IMG/VR virus record: IMGVR_UViG_3300025890_003315
Location: 11,907 to 75,906 of that record
Origin: a virus
Taxonomy: Duplodnaviria > Caudoviricetes
Length of the DNA: 64,000 nt
Strand: one strand, 5' to 3'
In this document: positions 27,264 through 36,985 of the stretch, one piece after another
Position numbering within the stretch: the stretch's first letter is position 1
Layout: each line of letters starts with the position of its first letter
Notes under the pieces: model-generated
Seen by the model: only the letters and a program-made list of their open reading frames with translations
Databases searched by the model: none
Told to the model about the DNA's origin: nothing
Made by a program: the position numbers and the translations under genes

Positions 27264-27683
27264 ATGCGGTTTGTAGAAGTAGAGATAAATATAAACGATG
27301 AAGCGGGATTCGAAGAAGAAGAAGTTTCCGCTAGCGAGATTTTTGCGCCAGAAGACTCCGAGTATTTGGACTTTGGAGAAATTTCAGAAGACTATGAAAT
27401 AGTAGCCGCAGAAACAAAAAAGAAGGTCAAACTAAACAAGCCTTTTAGAACGCCAAATGGACCAAAAAAATTCTCTGTTTATGTTAAAAACGAGAAAGGC
27501 AACATTGTTAAAATAAATTTTGGCGACCCAAATATGGATATCAAAAGAGACGATCCAGCCAGAAGACGAAATTTTCGCGCCAGACATCAATGCGATACAA
27601 ACCCCGGCCCTAAATGGAAAGCTCGTTATTGGGCGTGTAAAACTTGGGAAGCTGGTAAATCTGTAACCGATATAGTAAAATAA
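27264..27683 (+). CDS. Conserved phage hypothetical protein
   Basis: ATG 8 nt after GTGTAA (27250-27255). Acidic N-terminus, then KKFSVYV...V.INFGD..M.IKRDDP.RR.NFRARH.C....KARYWAC. Confidence 0.75.
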   Translation: MRFVEVEININDEAGFEEEEVSASEIFAPEDSEYLDFGEISEDYEIVAAETKKKVKLNKPFRTPNGPKKFSVYVKNEKGNIVKINFGDPNMDIKRDDPARRRNFRARHQCDTNPGPKWKARYWACKTWEAGKSVTDIVK

Positions 27684-27685
27684 TT

Positions 27686-27826
27686 ATGAATGATCAAAAT
27701 GACAATACGGTTTTTCTAAAAAAAGAAAAAGTAATTTCCAAACCTGTGGAACAGAAGCCACAAGTGACAAAAGAAAAAACTCAAGAGCAAAAAAACCTTG
27801 ACAAAAGGAAAAGTTTAGACAGATAA
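27686..27826 (+). CDS. Small hypothetical protein (46 aa)
   Basis: MNDQNDNTVFLKKEKVISKPVEQ...DR*. Fills the gap exactly; low complexity. Confidence 0.4.
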   Translation: MNDQNDNTVFLKKEKVISKPVEQKPQVTKEKTQEQKNLDKRKSLDR

Positions 27827-27829
27827 AAC

Positions 27830-27857
27830 TTGACATTTTCATAGTACCACGTATAAT
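27830..27857 (+). promoter_or_regulatory. Sigma70-type promoter for the glycan operon
   Basis: TTGACA-16-TATAAT with the GTG start 5 nt downstream. Confidence 0.8.
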
Positions 27858-27862
27858 AAAAC

Positions 27863-28753
27863 GTGAAAGTTTTTGTATGTGGTATCACTCAAAATCAGCT
27901 TAATAACATTACTGGTTTAGTAAAGTCGTCACAAGACTATGTTGACGGCTTTATTTTTGTTGATGGTTTATCAACTGATGGCACGTTTGAATTTCTAGAA
28001 GCCAATAAAAAAGAAGGTAAAATCATCCAAAGAGAATGGTCTAACGATCATGATCTTCAAATGAATCTTTTTCTCAGATCGAACGTCATGAAAAATGGCG
28101 ACTGGTTCTTTGTAAGAGATAGTACGGAAAGAGTTTCTGAAAATTTCTTAAAAAACATAAAGCTTTCAATCAAAGATTTTGAGCTTCAAGGCGTCACTTC
28201 GCTTTATATTCATAATAAAATTTTCCTTTGCAAGTATTCCGACTACCTTTATTTTAACGGAAGTCCGCATTGGGGTCTTCACGGCATTCAAGGTAAATCT
28301 GTTTCTCTTGATGCAGAGGATTCATTATATAAGAACAAGCTTGATCTTTTTGAATCAGATGTAAGACAAGATAGAGGAGAGGGTTGGCAAATCAATCAAA
28401 ATATAAAATATTATTTTTGCTACGGTCGATCAAATAATCAGTTGATGCACTATTACGACAATGGCAAAACTCCAGAACTATACAAACAAAAAGAAGGTGA
28501 TAGAATAAATTTTAGAAATATTTGTTTCAATTTAGGCATCGAATTTTCACTTTCTAGCTTAAAGCAGTTTATCGAACAAAACGGAATATTAAATAATGAT
28601 CTTCTGCCATTTTTTAAAAATGAAATTCTATTGAAAAATTGGTATAGATTTAACATTTTAGATCATTCAGAGGCGGAAATAAATGACTCCAATTTTTTTA
28701 ACACAGAGAAAGCTAAATGGGAAACTAATTGGGAGTTCCAAGCTATAAAATGA
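27863..28753 (+). CDS. Glycosyltransferase, GT-A (GT2-like)
   Basis: VFVCGIT.N....I...V......D..IFVDG.STDGT.E and W.F..DS.E. Confidence 0.8.
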   Translation: MKVFVCGITQNQLNNITGLVKSSQDYVDGFIFVDGLSTDGTFEFLEANKKEGKIIQREWSNDHDLQMNLFLRSNVMKNGDWFFVRDSTERVSENFLKNIKLSIKDFELQGVTSLYIHNKIFLCKYSDYLYFNGSPHWGLHGIQGKSVSLDAEDSLYKNKLDLFESDVRQDRGEGWQINQNIKYYFCYGRSNNQLMHYYDNGKTPELYKQKEGDRINFRNICFNLGIEFSLSSLKQFIEQNGILNNDLLPFFKNEILLKNWYRFNILDHSEAEINDSNFFNTEKAKWETNWEFQAIK

Positions 28754-29481
28754 ATCAGGATTTTTATTTAAATTATAGAGAAGCAAAGTCTTTCTATTGC
28801 GCTGTAGATATGGGGGACTTGGTATATTCTTTGCTTTTCGCTAAATATAAAAATGTTGACACAATTTATCTGGACGATACTAAAAAAGGAATTAGCAATA
28901 GAAATTTTAATGAAGCGTCTAGAAAATTTATCGAACCACTTTTATTGTCTCAACCTTATATAAGAAAAATAGAGAAATATACAAATCAAGTTTTTGATAT
29001 AAACTACGGAGAGCATCAAAAAGCGGATGTTGTAGTCGGAACAAACCTAACAGCATTTCATGCCAGCAAATTTAATTTAGAGTGTGATTCAAAAGAAGTT
29101 AATGAAAGTTGGCTTGAATGTCCATCAACTGATACTGGTAAAAATATAGTGATAAATAGATCTCTCAGGTACAGAGGAGATGCTAATTTTTATTTAGATT
29201 TCTTTAAACATATAAATCCGCAGAAATGTGTTTTTGTTGGATTGGAAGAAGAATACGAAGATTTCATTAAAACATTTAGGTATCCAGTAGATTACAAGGC
29301 GAGCGAAAACGCCTATGAATTAATGATGGCAATAAATTCTTGCGATGTGTTTTTTGGCAATGAATCTATTTCGTGTGCCATCGCTAAAGGGCTTGGGAAA
29401 ACTTGTTTTGTTGAGTTGTGTAGACAAGCAGCGAACTACATTTTTACGGGCAACAAAAAAATAAATTATTTTGGAATATGA
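28750..29481 (+). CDS. GT9 (heptosyltransferase)-like protein
   Basis: DMGDL.YSL at the N-terminus and FVG...E...F...FFGNES...AIA.GLG at the C-terminus. Confidence 0.6.
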   Translation: MNQDFYLNYREAKSFYCAVDMGDLVYSLLFAKYKNVDTIYLDDTKKGISNRNFNEASRKFIEPLLLSQPYIRKIEKYTNQVFDINYGEHQKADVVVGTNLTAFHASKFNLECDSKEVNESWLECPSTDTGKNIVINRSLRYRGDANFYLDFFKHINPQKCVFVGLEEEYEDFIKTFRYPVDYKASENAYELMMAINSCDVFFGNESISCAIAKGLGKTCFVELCRQAANYIFTGNKKINYFGI

Positions 29482-30185
29482 AAATCGCTTTACTAAACAT
29501 TTATACTGAAAACATAAAACAATTAGCTGTTATAACAACTGAATACAATAAAAGGAAATATTGCGAAAAGCATGGATATGATTTACTTGTTAAAACAAAA
29601 GATTTTTCATATAAAGATTTCGGATTTGAAAAAATTAAATTTGTCCTAGACACAGTTAAGTCTAACAAGTACGACTGGATTTTGTGGGTTGGTTCAGATA
29701 CTATGATCACTAACTACAACATCAAAGTAGAACATTTAATTGATGAAGAGAAAAGTTTTATTATCGCTAACGATGTTTGGGATTTCAATTCAGATGTTTT
29801 CTTAATTAAAAATCATCCACGTTCTATAGAGTATTTTGAAGAAATTTTATCACTACATGATAAATATATAGACGAAAATGGTAAACCAAGAGATCTTGGG
29901 GTTAGGCTCCCAGATGGAGGAGCTAGATGTTGGGCAGAACAAGAAGCAATGATAGACTTAAAAGAAAAATATAAAGATGCTATTAAAATAGTTCCACAAA
30001 AAATATTAAACTCTTATTTATATCATTTGTATCCTTCTCAGTGGCATCAAAAAGGTTTAGACTGCGAAGGCTATGATGGAAGGTGGAGTGAGGGCGATTT
30101 TATTGTGCATTGGCCGGGAATGAACAATGAACTAAGATTAAATCTAGCAGTAAATTTTATACCAAAGGTTAAAGGAGATGAGTAA
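29478..30185 (+). CDS. Nucleotide-diphospho-sugar transferase (GT34-like)
   Basis: NKRKYCEKHGYD, YDWILWVGSDTMITN, NSDVFLIKN, EQEAM, GDFIVHWPG. Confidence 0.8.
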   Translation: MKIALLNIYTENIKQLAVITTEYNKRKYCEKHGYDLLVKTKDFSYKDFGFEKIKFVLDTVKSNKYDWILWVGSDTMITNYNIKVEHLIDEEKSFIIANDVWDFNSDVFLIKNHPRSIEYFEEILSLHDKYIDENGKPRDLGVRLPDGGARCWAEQEAMIDLKEKYKDAIKIVPQKILNSYLYHLYPSQWHQKGLDCEGYDGRWSEGDFIVHWPGMNNELRLNLAVNFIPKVKGDE

Positions 30186-31485
30186 TGATACTTCTATTTC
30201 GCAGCTTGTAAGTGAAAGTCTGCAAAATAAAAAAAAGTGGATAAAAGGCGAAGATTGGGTCCAGTATGCTGGCCCATTCTTTTCTAACGAAGAATACGAA
30301 GCTGCTATTAATTCTATTTTAAACGGCTGGCTCGTTATGGGCAATGATTGTTTAAAATTCGAAAGCAAGTTTAGTAAATATTTGGGAAAAAATCATGGAG
30401 TTTTAACTAACAGCGGATCAAGCAGTAACTTACTTATGGTTAGCGCACTTTCTTCAAAAAGAGCCTATGCGCTTCCTAAAGGATCAAAAGTTATTACTCC
30501 AATTGCTGGATTTCCCACAACCTTAAATCCCATCTTACAAAATGGTTTTGATCCAGTTTTTGTAGACATTGAACTTGAAACATTGAATCTTGATTTAGAT
30601 CAAGTTGAAGAAGCCGCTAAAGCCGGGGCTAAAGCTATTGTTTTTGCTCACGTACTTGGGAACACGACTGATATCGATAGACTTCTTAGCATAGTAAAAG
30701 AATATGGGCTAATTTTCCTAGAAGACTGCTGTGACGCCTTGGGATCTACATACGATGGAAAGCCGCTTGGCTCTTTCGGAGACATGTCTAGCTGTAGCTT
30801 CTACCCAGCGCACCATATAACGATGGGAGAAGGGGGATACGTAGCCTGTAAAGATAAAAATCTTGAAATCATAGTTAGGAGTTTTAGAGAATGGGGCAGA
30901 GGATGCTTTTGTGTAGGCAAAAAAGCTAATTTGCTCAAAAATGGCTCTTGTGGAAAAAGATTCTCTAATTGGCTGGAAGCTTTTCCAGACAAAGTATTCG
31001 ATCATAAATATATTTATGATGAAATAGGATATAACTTGAAACCAATTGAACTTCAAGGTAGCATTGGATTAAAACAGCTTGATAAACTAGATCAGATTCA
31101 TTCTTTAAGAAAGAAGAACTACTCAAAGCTATTTTCCATATTCAAGCCGTATGAAGAACATTTTATTCTTCCAGTAGCCAGAAAAAAAGCTGATCCGAGT
31201 TGGTTCGCATTTCCCATTACCATCAAAGACGATGCTCCATTCCAAAGGTTTGATTTATGCAATCACCTTGAGTCAAACAAAATACAAACAAGAACTTATT
31301 TTGGTGGGAATCTTGGTTTACAGCCAGCTTATAAAGATGTGATTTCAACAGAAAAAGCTTTGACATTTAAAAATGCTACGAAAGCAACTACAGATACATT
31401 TTTTCTTGGAACTAGTCCAGTAATAACAGATGAGCAACTCGACTATATAGAAGAAATCGTAAATTCTTTTTTTAGTAAATTATGA
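30178..31485 (+). CDS. rfbH: NDP-4-keto-6-deoxyglucose 3-dehydrase (E1, RfbH/DdhC; PMP and Fe-S)
   Basis: NSGSSSNLL, FAHVLGN, EDCCDALGS, FYPAHHITMGEGG (His replacing the PLP Lys), and the Fe-S motif WGRGCFC...GSC. Confidence 0.92.
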   Translation: MSNDTSISQLVSESLQNKKKWIKGEDWVQYAGPFFSNEEYEAAINSILNGWLVMGNDCLKFESKFSKYLGKNHGVLTNSGSSSNLLMVSALSSKRAYALPKGSKVITPIAGFPTTLNPILQNGFDPVFVDIELETLNLDLDQVEEAAKAGAKAIVFAHVLGNTTDIDRLLSIVKEYGLIFLEDCCDALGSTYDGKPLGSFGDMSSCSFYPAHHITMGEGGYVACKDKNLEIIVRSFREWGRGCFCVGKKANLLKNGSCGKRFSNWLEAFPDKVFDHKYIYDEIGYNLKPIELQGSIGLKQLDKLDQIHSLRKKNYSKLFSIFKPYEEHFILPVARKKADPSWFAFPITIKDDAPFQRFDLCNHLESNKIQTRTYFGGNLGLQPAYKDVISTEKALTFKNATKATTDTFFLGTSPVITDEQLDYIEEIVNSFFSKL

Positions 31486-32453
31486 AAGTCGTATACGTAA
31501 CAGGATGTCTTGGATTTATAGGTTCTTATGTTACAAGGCTGTGCCTCCAAAAAGGTTGGTATGTAAAGGGTGTAGATAAAATCACCTATGCAGCCAATAA
31601 AAACCTTTTAAATGAATTCAATAAATACTCTAATTTTTCATTTGTCAATTGCGACATAAACGATTTAAAGTTTTTGTACGACTGTGATTACTTTATCAAC
31701 ACAGCAGCGGAAACTCATGTTGGCAATTCAATTGTAGATAGTACTGACTTTGTTAAATCAAACATTGATGGCGTTCATAATATTTTAAATCTTTTCAGAA
31801 GCTATAGACAAGAGAATAACCATAAACCAGTATTCCTGCATTTTAGCACTGACGAAGTTTATGGGGACATAGACGAAGGCGAACATACTGAGACAGATCT
31901 TTTGAAACCAAGCAATCCATATTCTGCCACAAAAGCTGCTGCTGATATGTTGATCTTGGCTTGGGCAAGAACATACAACATAAACTACGTTATCGTAAGA
32001 CCAACAAATAATTATGGAATAGGTCAATATGTAGAAAAATTGATCCCAAAGTCAGTAAAATTTCTTTCTTTGGATAGAAAAATTCCACTTCATAACAATG
32101 GTTCACCAGTTAGGAATTGGCTTCATGCTGAAGATACCGCAAATGGAGCGATCAAAATAATAGAGTCTGAAGTTATAAATGAAGTATTCAATATATGTGG
32201 AGGATACGAGCAAACTAATTACCAAACAGTAGAAAAAATAATCAAACATTTTTACGCTATAGATGGAAAACAAGCGTTATCTCAAGATCAAATTGACAAA
32301 AATTTAGATTTTACTTACAGTAGGGTTGGACAAGATGTTAGGTACGCTCTAAATGATAATAAACTAAGATCTATTGGATGGAGTCCCAAACATAATTTTG
32401 ACAATGATATCCACGATATAGCAAAATATTATAAAAATACATTTATATGGTAA
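31482..32453 (+). CDS. rfbB: dTDP/NDP-glucose 4,6-dehydratase
   Basis: VTGCLGFIGS, AAETHV, FSTDEVYG, PYSATKA, RPTNNYG..Q..EKLIP. Confidence 0.9.
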   Translation: MKVVYVTGCLGFIGSYVTRLCLQKGWYVKGVDKITYAANKNLLNEFNKYSNFSFVNCDINDLKFLYDCDYFINTAAETHVGNSIVDSTDFVKSNIDGVHNILNLFRSYRQENNHKPVFLHFSTDEVYGDIDEGEHTETDLLKPSNPYSATKAAADMLILAWARTYNINYVIVRPTNNYGIGQYVEKLIPKSVKFLSLDRKIPLHNNGSPVRNWLHAEDTANGAIKIIESEVINEVFNICGGYEQTNYQTVEKIIKHFYAIDGKQALSQDQIDKNLDFTYSRVGQDVRYALNDNKLRSIGWSPKHNFDNDIHDIAKYYKNTFIW

Positions 32454-34198
32454 AAATTAGTGATACAATAGCGGACTTTTTAGTTAAGCAAGGCATCGAA
32501 GTTGTTTTTGGAATTATAGGTTCGGCTAATTCATATATCTATGACTCAATAGATAAGAGGACTGGTATTAAAATTGTTCCTACCCATCATGAGCAAGCTG
32601 CCGTAATGGCAATGGGAGCTTATTATAGGTCCACTGGAAAAATGTCAGCAGCCTTAGTTACTGCTGGTGGAGGGTCATCAAATGCATTTACGGGCATACT
32701 TTCTAATTGGGCGGATTCAATACCCGGAATAATCATAGCAGGACAAGAGCAGACGCACTACATCGATGAATATAAAGACATGAGGATGTATGGCATTCAA
32801 GGGTATGATTCAGTTGAAACTTATAAAAAATGCACTAAATTATCTATACGTCTAACTAAAGATAATGTAATCAAAACTTTAGCATTAGCTTATAAAATCA
32901 CAAATAGCCAGCGCCCCGGCCCAGTATATCTAGAAGTACCATTTGATACACAAAGTCAAATGGTAGAAGAAGTCAAATTATCTGAGTCAAGCGATGCTAT
33001 AGAAATTCCAAATAAAGAAGCAGAATATATTATTAGTAAATTAAACATGTCAAAACGGCCATTAATTCTAGGTGGTCATGGAGTAAAATTGTCACATGCG
33101 GAAGATTTATTTAAAAAATTGGTTGACAAACACAGTATCCCTACAGTATTGACTTGGTCCGCTGTTGACTTATTAGCTACAGATAATCCTAATAATTTTG
33201 GTAGACCGGGGGTACAAGGGCAGAGAGCGGCTAACTTTATTGTTCAAAATAGCGATTTATTAATAGTCTTAGGCAGCAGACTCTCTCTGTTGCAAACAGG
33301 GTACTCCAGAAAAGATTTTGCGCCAAAAGCAGAAATAATTCATGTTGATATCGACCCAACCGAAACTAAAAAATTTAATGGAAAAAATTTTAATATAGAT
33401 GTCAATTTATTACTAAAAGAATTTGACAAGCTTGATTCTAGAATTGAAACTAACATAGACGACTGGAGACGTTACTGCGAGAATATAAAAAATGAATACC
33501 CACTAGTTATGCCAGAGCATCTCTCTGATCCAACTAATTCATATACATTCATTGATAAATTATCTAAGCTGCTGCCTGACAATTATACTGTTGTAACAGA
33601 TATGGGGACCGCTTTACTTAGTGGATTCTATGGTTTTAATATAAAATCGAATCAAAAAATGTTCACTTCGCTGGGACTAGGAGAAATGGGATATGGGCTA
33701 GCGGCGGCAGTAGGTGCTGGATTTGGAGATAAACCAGTTCTATGCTTAAACTGTGATGGTGGAATGATGATGAATCTGCAAGAGCTTCAGACGATAAAAA
33801 CGCATAATCTACCAGTCAAAATAGTCATATTTAACAATGATGGATACTTAATGATCAAGCATACACAAAAAATGCTTTTTGAAGGTCACAAGACATGCGT
33901 AGACAAGGAGACTGGAGTTGAACTACCCGATTACAAGAAGGTGGCGGAAGCATTTGGTTATTCATATTATAAAGAATCTCAAATCAGTGATTTTTTGAGC
34001 AGCCCAAACCAAGCAATTATGGAGGTATTTATGAGTCCAAATCAAGAATTTATACCTAAAGTGAAAGGTATGAAGCAGGAAGACAACACTATTAAAGCTG
34101 GTTTACTGGAAGAGATGTCCCCACTACTTCCACTAAAAAAAATAGAACAAGCAATGATAGCAGGAATCAATGAACGAAGTAGGCTAGCAAAAAGATGA
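32447..34198 (+). CDS. ThDP-dependent enzyme, acetolactate-synthase-like (YerE-type C-branching candidate)
   Basis: HHEQAAVMAMGAYYR, VTAGGG..NA.TG, RPGPVYLE, and GLGEMGYGL...DGGMMMNLQEL...IFNN (ThDP motif). Confidence 0.88.
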   Translation: MVKISDTIADFLVKQGIEVVFGIIGSANSYIYDSIDKRTGIKIVPTHHEQAAVMAMGAYYRSTGKMSAALVTAGGGSSNAFTGILSNWADSIPGIIIAGQEQTHYIDEYKDMRMYGIQGYDSVETYKKCTKLSIRLTKDNVIKTLALAYKITNSQRPGPVYLEVPFDTQSQMVEEVKLSESSDAIEIPNKEAEYIISKLNMSKRPLILGGHGVKLSHAEDLFKKLVDKHSIPTVLTWSAVDLLATDNPNNFGRPGVQGQRAANFIVQNSDLLIVLGSRLSLLQTGYSRKDFAPKAEIIHVDIDPTETKKFNGKNFNIDVNLLLKEFDKLDSRIETNIDDWRRYCENIKNEYPLVMPEHLSDPTNSYTFIDKLSKLLPDNYTVVTDMGTALLSGFYGFNIKSNQKMFTSLGLGEMGYGLAAAVGAGFGDKPVLCLNCDGGMMMNLQELQTIKTHNLPVKIVIFNNDGYLMIKHTQKMLFEGHKTCVDKETGVELPDYKKVAEAFGYSYYKESQISDFLSSPNQAIMEVFMSPNQEFIPKVKGMKQEDNTIKAGLLEEMSPLLPLKKIEQAMIAGINERSRLAKR

Positions 34199-35058
34199 AA
34201 ATAAAAGCTGCAATACTAGGTACAGGTAATATAGGTACAGACTTACTCATTAAAGCTTTAAAAACAGACTTTATTGAATTAGTAGCATTCGTAGGAAGAA
34301 GATTAGATTCTAGTGGAATAAGTATAGCTAGAAACAAAAACGTAAATACTTCTGATCAAGGGATAAAATACTTTATCGATAATCCTAAGTGTTGCGACAT
34401 TGTTTACGACTGCACAAACGCGATAGACGCTAGAACTCATTCCGAGATATTTAAACAACAAGGAATAAAAGTCATTGATTTGACGCCAGCAAAAGTTGGA
34501 GATATGTGTGTCCCAGATATAAATAGCGAAATCATATTAACAGATATGAATATAAATATGATTACCTGCGGAGGACAAGCGTCTATACCAATGCTTCACT
34601 TGCTAGCAAAACACTGTAAAGGATTAGAGTATATTGAAATTGTATCTCAAATAGCTTCTAAAAGTGCTGGCATGGCCACCAGAATAAATGTTGATAACTA
34701 TATTAACACTACAAAAAAAGCTATTTCAAAATTCACTGGTTGCAATAATATGAAAGTTATTCTAAACTTAAATCCAGCAGAGCCTTGCGTAGACATGCAA
34801 ACTACCATGTTTATCAAATCAAAATATGTTGAATATGAAAATTTAACAGAAAAGCTGCTAAACAAAATTGAAGAGTTGAAAGCTTATATACCGCATTACG
34901 AATTAATTGTTCCCCCAACACCAGATGATAGCGGAATTCTAACCTTAAGCATAAAGGTTAAAGGCGCTGGAGATTATTTGCCTGAATATGCTGGCAATTT
35001 AGATATCATAAATTGTTCTGCAATTAAAGTAACAGAAAAATTAAAAGAAATTTTATGA
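34195..35058 (+). CDS. mhpF: Acetaldehyde dehydrogenase (acylating)
   Basis: AILGTGNIGTDL, IDLTPA..G, NMITCGGQASIP, IAS.SAG..TR.N, GAGDYLPEYAGNLDI. Confidence 0.95.
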   Translation: MKIKAAILGTGNIGTDLLIKALKTDFIELVAFVGRRLDSSGISIARNKNVNTSDQGIKYFIDNPKCCDIVYDCTNAIDARTHSEIFKQQGIKVIDLTPAKVGDMCVPDINSEIILTDMNINMITCGGQASIPMLHLLAKHCKGLEYIEIVSQIASKSAGMATRINVDNYINTTKKAISKFTGCNNMKVILNLNPAEPCVDMQTTMFIKSKYVEYENLTEKLLNKIEELKAYIPHYELIVPPTPDDSGILTLSIKVKGAGDYLPEYAGNLDIINCSAIKVTEKLKEIL

Positions 35059-36053
35059 AAAAAGTTACAATAACAGACTCAAGCTTGAGAGACGGGAATC
35101 ATAGCGTCAAACACACTATAAGCTTAGACAGTATAGAAAAATATTGTAAATTTGCTGATAACGCAGGAATACCAATCGTTGAAGTTGGACACGGCAATGG
35201 CCTAGCAGCGTCTTCCCTATTGATAGGGAAATCTCCTAACACAGACGAAGAAATGTTGACTGTAGCAAGAAAAAATTTAAAAAATTCTAAATTAGGAATA
35301 CATACGATACCGGGGTTATCTACAATTGACGATATTAAGCTTGCGATTAACTGCGGGGTAGATGTTTTTAGAGTCGCTACGCATTGTACTGAAGCAACAC
35401 TATCGAAGACCCATATAGAGTACCTTAAAAAAAATGAAAGGACTGTCTATGGAGTTTTAATGATGACCCCTTTAGCAAGCTCAGACGAATTAGTTGAACA
35501 AGCTAAAATTATGGAAAGCTATGGAGCAGAAGCGGTAATCATAATGGATTCAACTGGAACATATTTGCCAAATAACGTAAAAGAAAGGATTGAGAAGCTC
35601 AAAGCATCTACCAATATCAGAATAGGGTTCCATGCTCACAACAACTTAGGCTGCGCAATTAGTAACTCTTTAATAGCAGCAGAATGTGGAGCAGATTTAA
35701 TTGACGCATGTATTCGCGGGTTTGGAGCGGGGGCAGGAAACGCCGCTTTAGAAGTGTTACTGCCAGTATTGGAAAAAAGTGGTTTTGAAACTGGAATTTG
35801 CTTTAAGCAGACAATAAAAGAAGCGGATAGCGCAATGGATTATTTGGTTACCAAAGTCCCATTAGTAAGTCCGATTAATATACTGACAGGGTTAGCTAAA
35901 TTATTTTCTGGATTCGAAAAGCCAATCATTAAAGCGTCAAAACTATATGGCATAGAATACTCTTCTTTGATATTTGAGCTAGGCAATAGAAAACTAGTCG
36001 CAGGACAAGAAGACTTAATTTTAGAGATAGCTCAAAAACTAAAAACAAAATGA
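35055..36053 (+). CDS. mhpE: 4-hydroxy-2-oxovalerate aldolase
   Basis: DSSLRDGNH, EVGHGNGL, FRVATHCTEA, DSTG, GFHAHNNLG, GFGAGAGN, LVAGQED.I. Confidence 0.95.
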   Translation: MKKVTITDSSLRDGNHSVKHTISLDSIEKYCKFADNAGIPIVEVGHGNGLAASSLLIGKSPNTDEEMLTVARKNLKNSKLGIHTIPGLSTIDDIKLAINCGVDVFRVATHCTEATLSKTHIEYLKKNERTVYGVLMMTPLASSDELVEQAKIMESYGAEAVIIMDSTGTYLPNNVKERIEKLKASTNIRIGFHAHNNLGCAISNSLIAAECGADLIDACIRGFGAGAGNAALEVLLPVLEKSGFETGICFKQTIKEADSAMDYLVTKVPLVSPINILTGLAKLFSGFEKPIIKASKLYGIEYSSLIFELGNRKLVAGQEDLILEIAQKLKTK

Positions 36054-36826
36054 GAGTATTAATAACAGGCGGCGGCGGATATATCGCTAAATCTATTCAC
36101 GCAGCACTGAAGGATAATTATGTTATAGTTAACCCAAACAGACAAGAACTTGATTTAACCTGCAACCACTCGATTAAAAGTTTTTTTGATAAACATGGAT
36201 ATTTTGACGCTGTTATTCATACTGCAATAAAAGGAGGAAGCAGACTAAATGTGGATGATTGGTCTGTTTTAGACACTAATCTTTCGATGTATTACAACCT
36301 ATGTTCCAAAGAAAGGCATTTTAACAAGTTTATTAACATAGGATCAGGCGCAGAAATTTACTCCCCAGACACTCCTTATGGACTCAGTAAAAAAGCGATA
36401 GCTAAATCCATAGAATCGAAAAGCAATAAATATATAAATCTTAGGATATTTGCGGTTTTTGATGAAAATGAGCTTGACACAAGATTCATAAAGGCTAATA
36501 TTAAACGAGCAATAAACGGCGAACCATTAGAAGTATACGAAGATAAGTATATGGATTTCTTTTACATGGAAGATTTTATAAAAGTGATCAAAGCTATTCT
36601 AAATTATAAAAATCATCAAAAAGAAATAAACTGCGTCTATGAAAAAAAATATAAACTTTCCGAAATAGCAAGCACAATAAATAACTTAAGTACTCATAAA
36701 GTGCCGATTTCTATTGCTCAACGTCAATCAGAAAATTATACCGGAGACTTTAATTTATCAATTCCTTATGTCGGTATGGAAAAAGGGATTGAGATAGTTT
36801 ACAAAAAAATGATTACTCAACAATGA
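36050..36826 (+). CDS. NAD-dependent epimerase/reductase (SDR; YerF-like candidate)
   Basis: LITGGGGYI, SGAE, PYGLSK (YxxxK), LR.F.VF. Confidence 0.8.
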   Translation: MRVLITGGGGYIAKSIHAALKDNYVIVNPNRQELDLTCNHSIKSFFDKHGYFDAVIHTAIKGGSRLNVDDWSVLDTNLSMYYNLCSKERHFNKFINIGSGAEIYSPDTPYGLSKKAIAKSIESKSNKYINLRIFAVFDENELDTRFIKANIKRAINGEPLEVYEDKYMDFFYMEDFIKVIKAILNYKNHQKEINCVYEKKYKLSEIASTINNLSTHKVPISIAQRQSENYTGDFNLSIPYVGMEKGIEIVYKKMITQQ

Positions 36827-36975
36827 AAATTTCCGTTTGTTATTTTTTGCATGACGAAGCTGACCTTATTGAAGAATCTTTGGCCAGTATATTCAATTTA
36901 ACTAAATATGATATTCATTTATCTATTTATCTAACCTCTGGAATATTCAATACAAAAATAAAACTTAACCTATAA
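36823..36975 (+). pseudogene. 50-codon ORF resembling a truncated GT2 N-terminus
   Basis: MKISVCYFLHDEADLIEESLASIFN... starts with an ATGA overlap and stops after 50 aa. Confidence 0.4.
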
Positions 36976-36985
36976 TACAAATGAC

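Noticed and set aside
32447-36053. mhpEF as aromatic meta-cleavage catabolism, and the ThDP gene as ilvB for branched-chain amino acids
   Set aside because: No dioxygenase, hydratase, ilvH or ilvC is present; the genes are embedded among NDP-sugar enzymes.
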